A DNA stretch of 10,967 nucleotides, taken from positions 1 through 10,967 of the IMG/VR virus record IMGVR_UViG_2541047816_000006, one strand, 5' to 3'. Source of the stretch: a virus (Duplodnaviria > Heunggongvirae > Uroviricota > Caudoviricetes). Shown in pieces: positions 10,767 through 10,967 of the stretch (position 1 is its first letter; every line of letters begins with the position of its first letter). A model generated the notes under the pieces. That model saw only the letters and a list, made by a program, of their open reading frames with translations, had not been told where the DNA came from and ran no database searches. The translations under genes were made by a program, and so were the position numbers.

Positions 10767-10967
10767 ATGCAACACGAACTACAACCTGATTCACTGGTTG
10801 ATTTGAAATTCATCATGGCCGATACTGGCTTCGGTAAAACCTTCATCTATGACCGGATTAAGTCCGGAGACCTGCCTAAAGCCAAAGTTATCCACGGGCG
10901 AGCAAGATGGTTATATCGTGACCATTGTGAATTCAAAAATAAACTCTTAAGCCGCGCCAATGGGTAA
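10767..10967 (+). CDS. xis: AlpA-family excisionase / prophage regulatory protein (66 aa)
   Basis: Small protein with the pattern DLKFIMADTGFGKTFIYDRIKSGDLPKAKVIHGRARWLYRDHCEFKNKL, typical of AlpA/Xis helix-turn-helix proteins (...TIYRLIK.G.FP.P.K.G.R...W). GGAG upstream of ATG 10767; stop is the last codon of the window. Confidence 0.7.
   Translation: MQHELQPDSLVDLKFIMADTGFGKTFIYDRIKSGDLPKAKVIHGRARWLYRDHCEFKNKLLSRANG

Overview
This window looks like a rearranged fragment of a lambdoid-type prophage with an intact IS100 inserted in it. Minus strand, 1..1836: a 611-aa tail-fiber/tailspike-like gene with a C-terminal auto-cleaving chaperone domain (Ser-x4-Lys dyad) and one Asp-box motif. Its start codon lies 4 bp from a complete 1954-bp IS100 (IS21 family, istA/istB, 1841..3794) that has clear imperfect terminal inverted repeats and no visible target-site duplication. 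Right of the IS is an AT-rich moron encoding a small two-helix membrane protein, then a terminator-bracketed non-coding unit with a perfect 9-bp-arm palindrome. From about 4425 to the end, a single plus-strand operon of tightly packed, often overlapping genes runs to an AlpA-type excisionase at the window edge: small unknowns, recT, a Gam/Gp157-like partner, a tandem-HTH protein, Ead/Ea22-like and DUF551-like proteins, and an ASCH-domain protein. The integrase is expected just beyond the 3' end. No rRNA, tRNA or CRISPR array was seen. Most candidates for something undescribed are the unannotated small genes around recT and in the ea-like region, the moron, and the possible depolymerase head of the tail fiber. 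All family assignments rest on motif recognition by eye and recall, not on searches.
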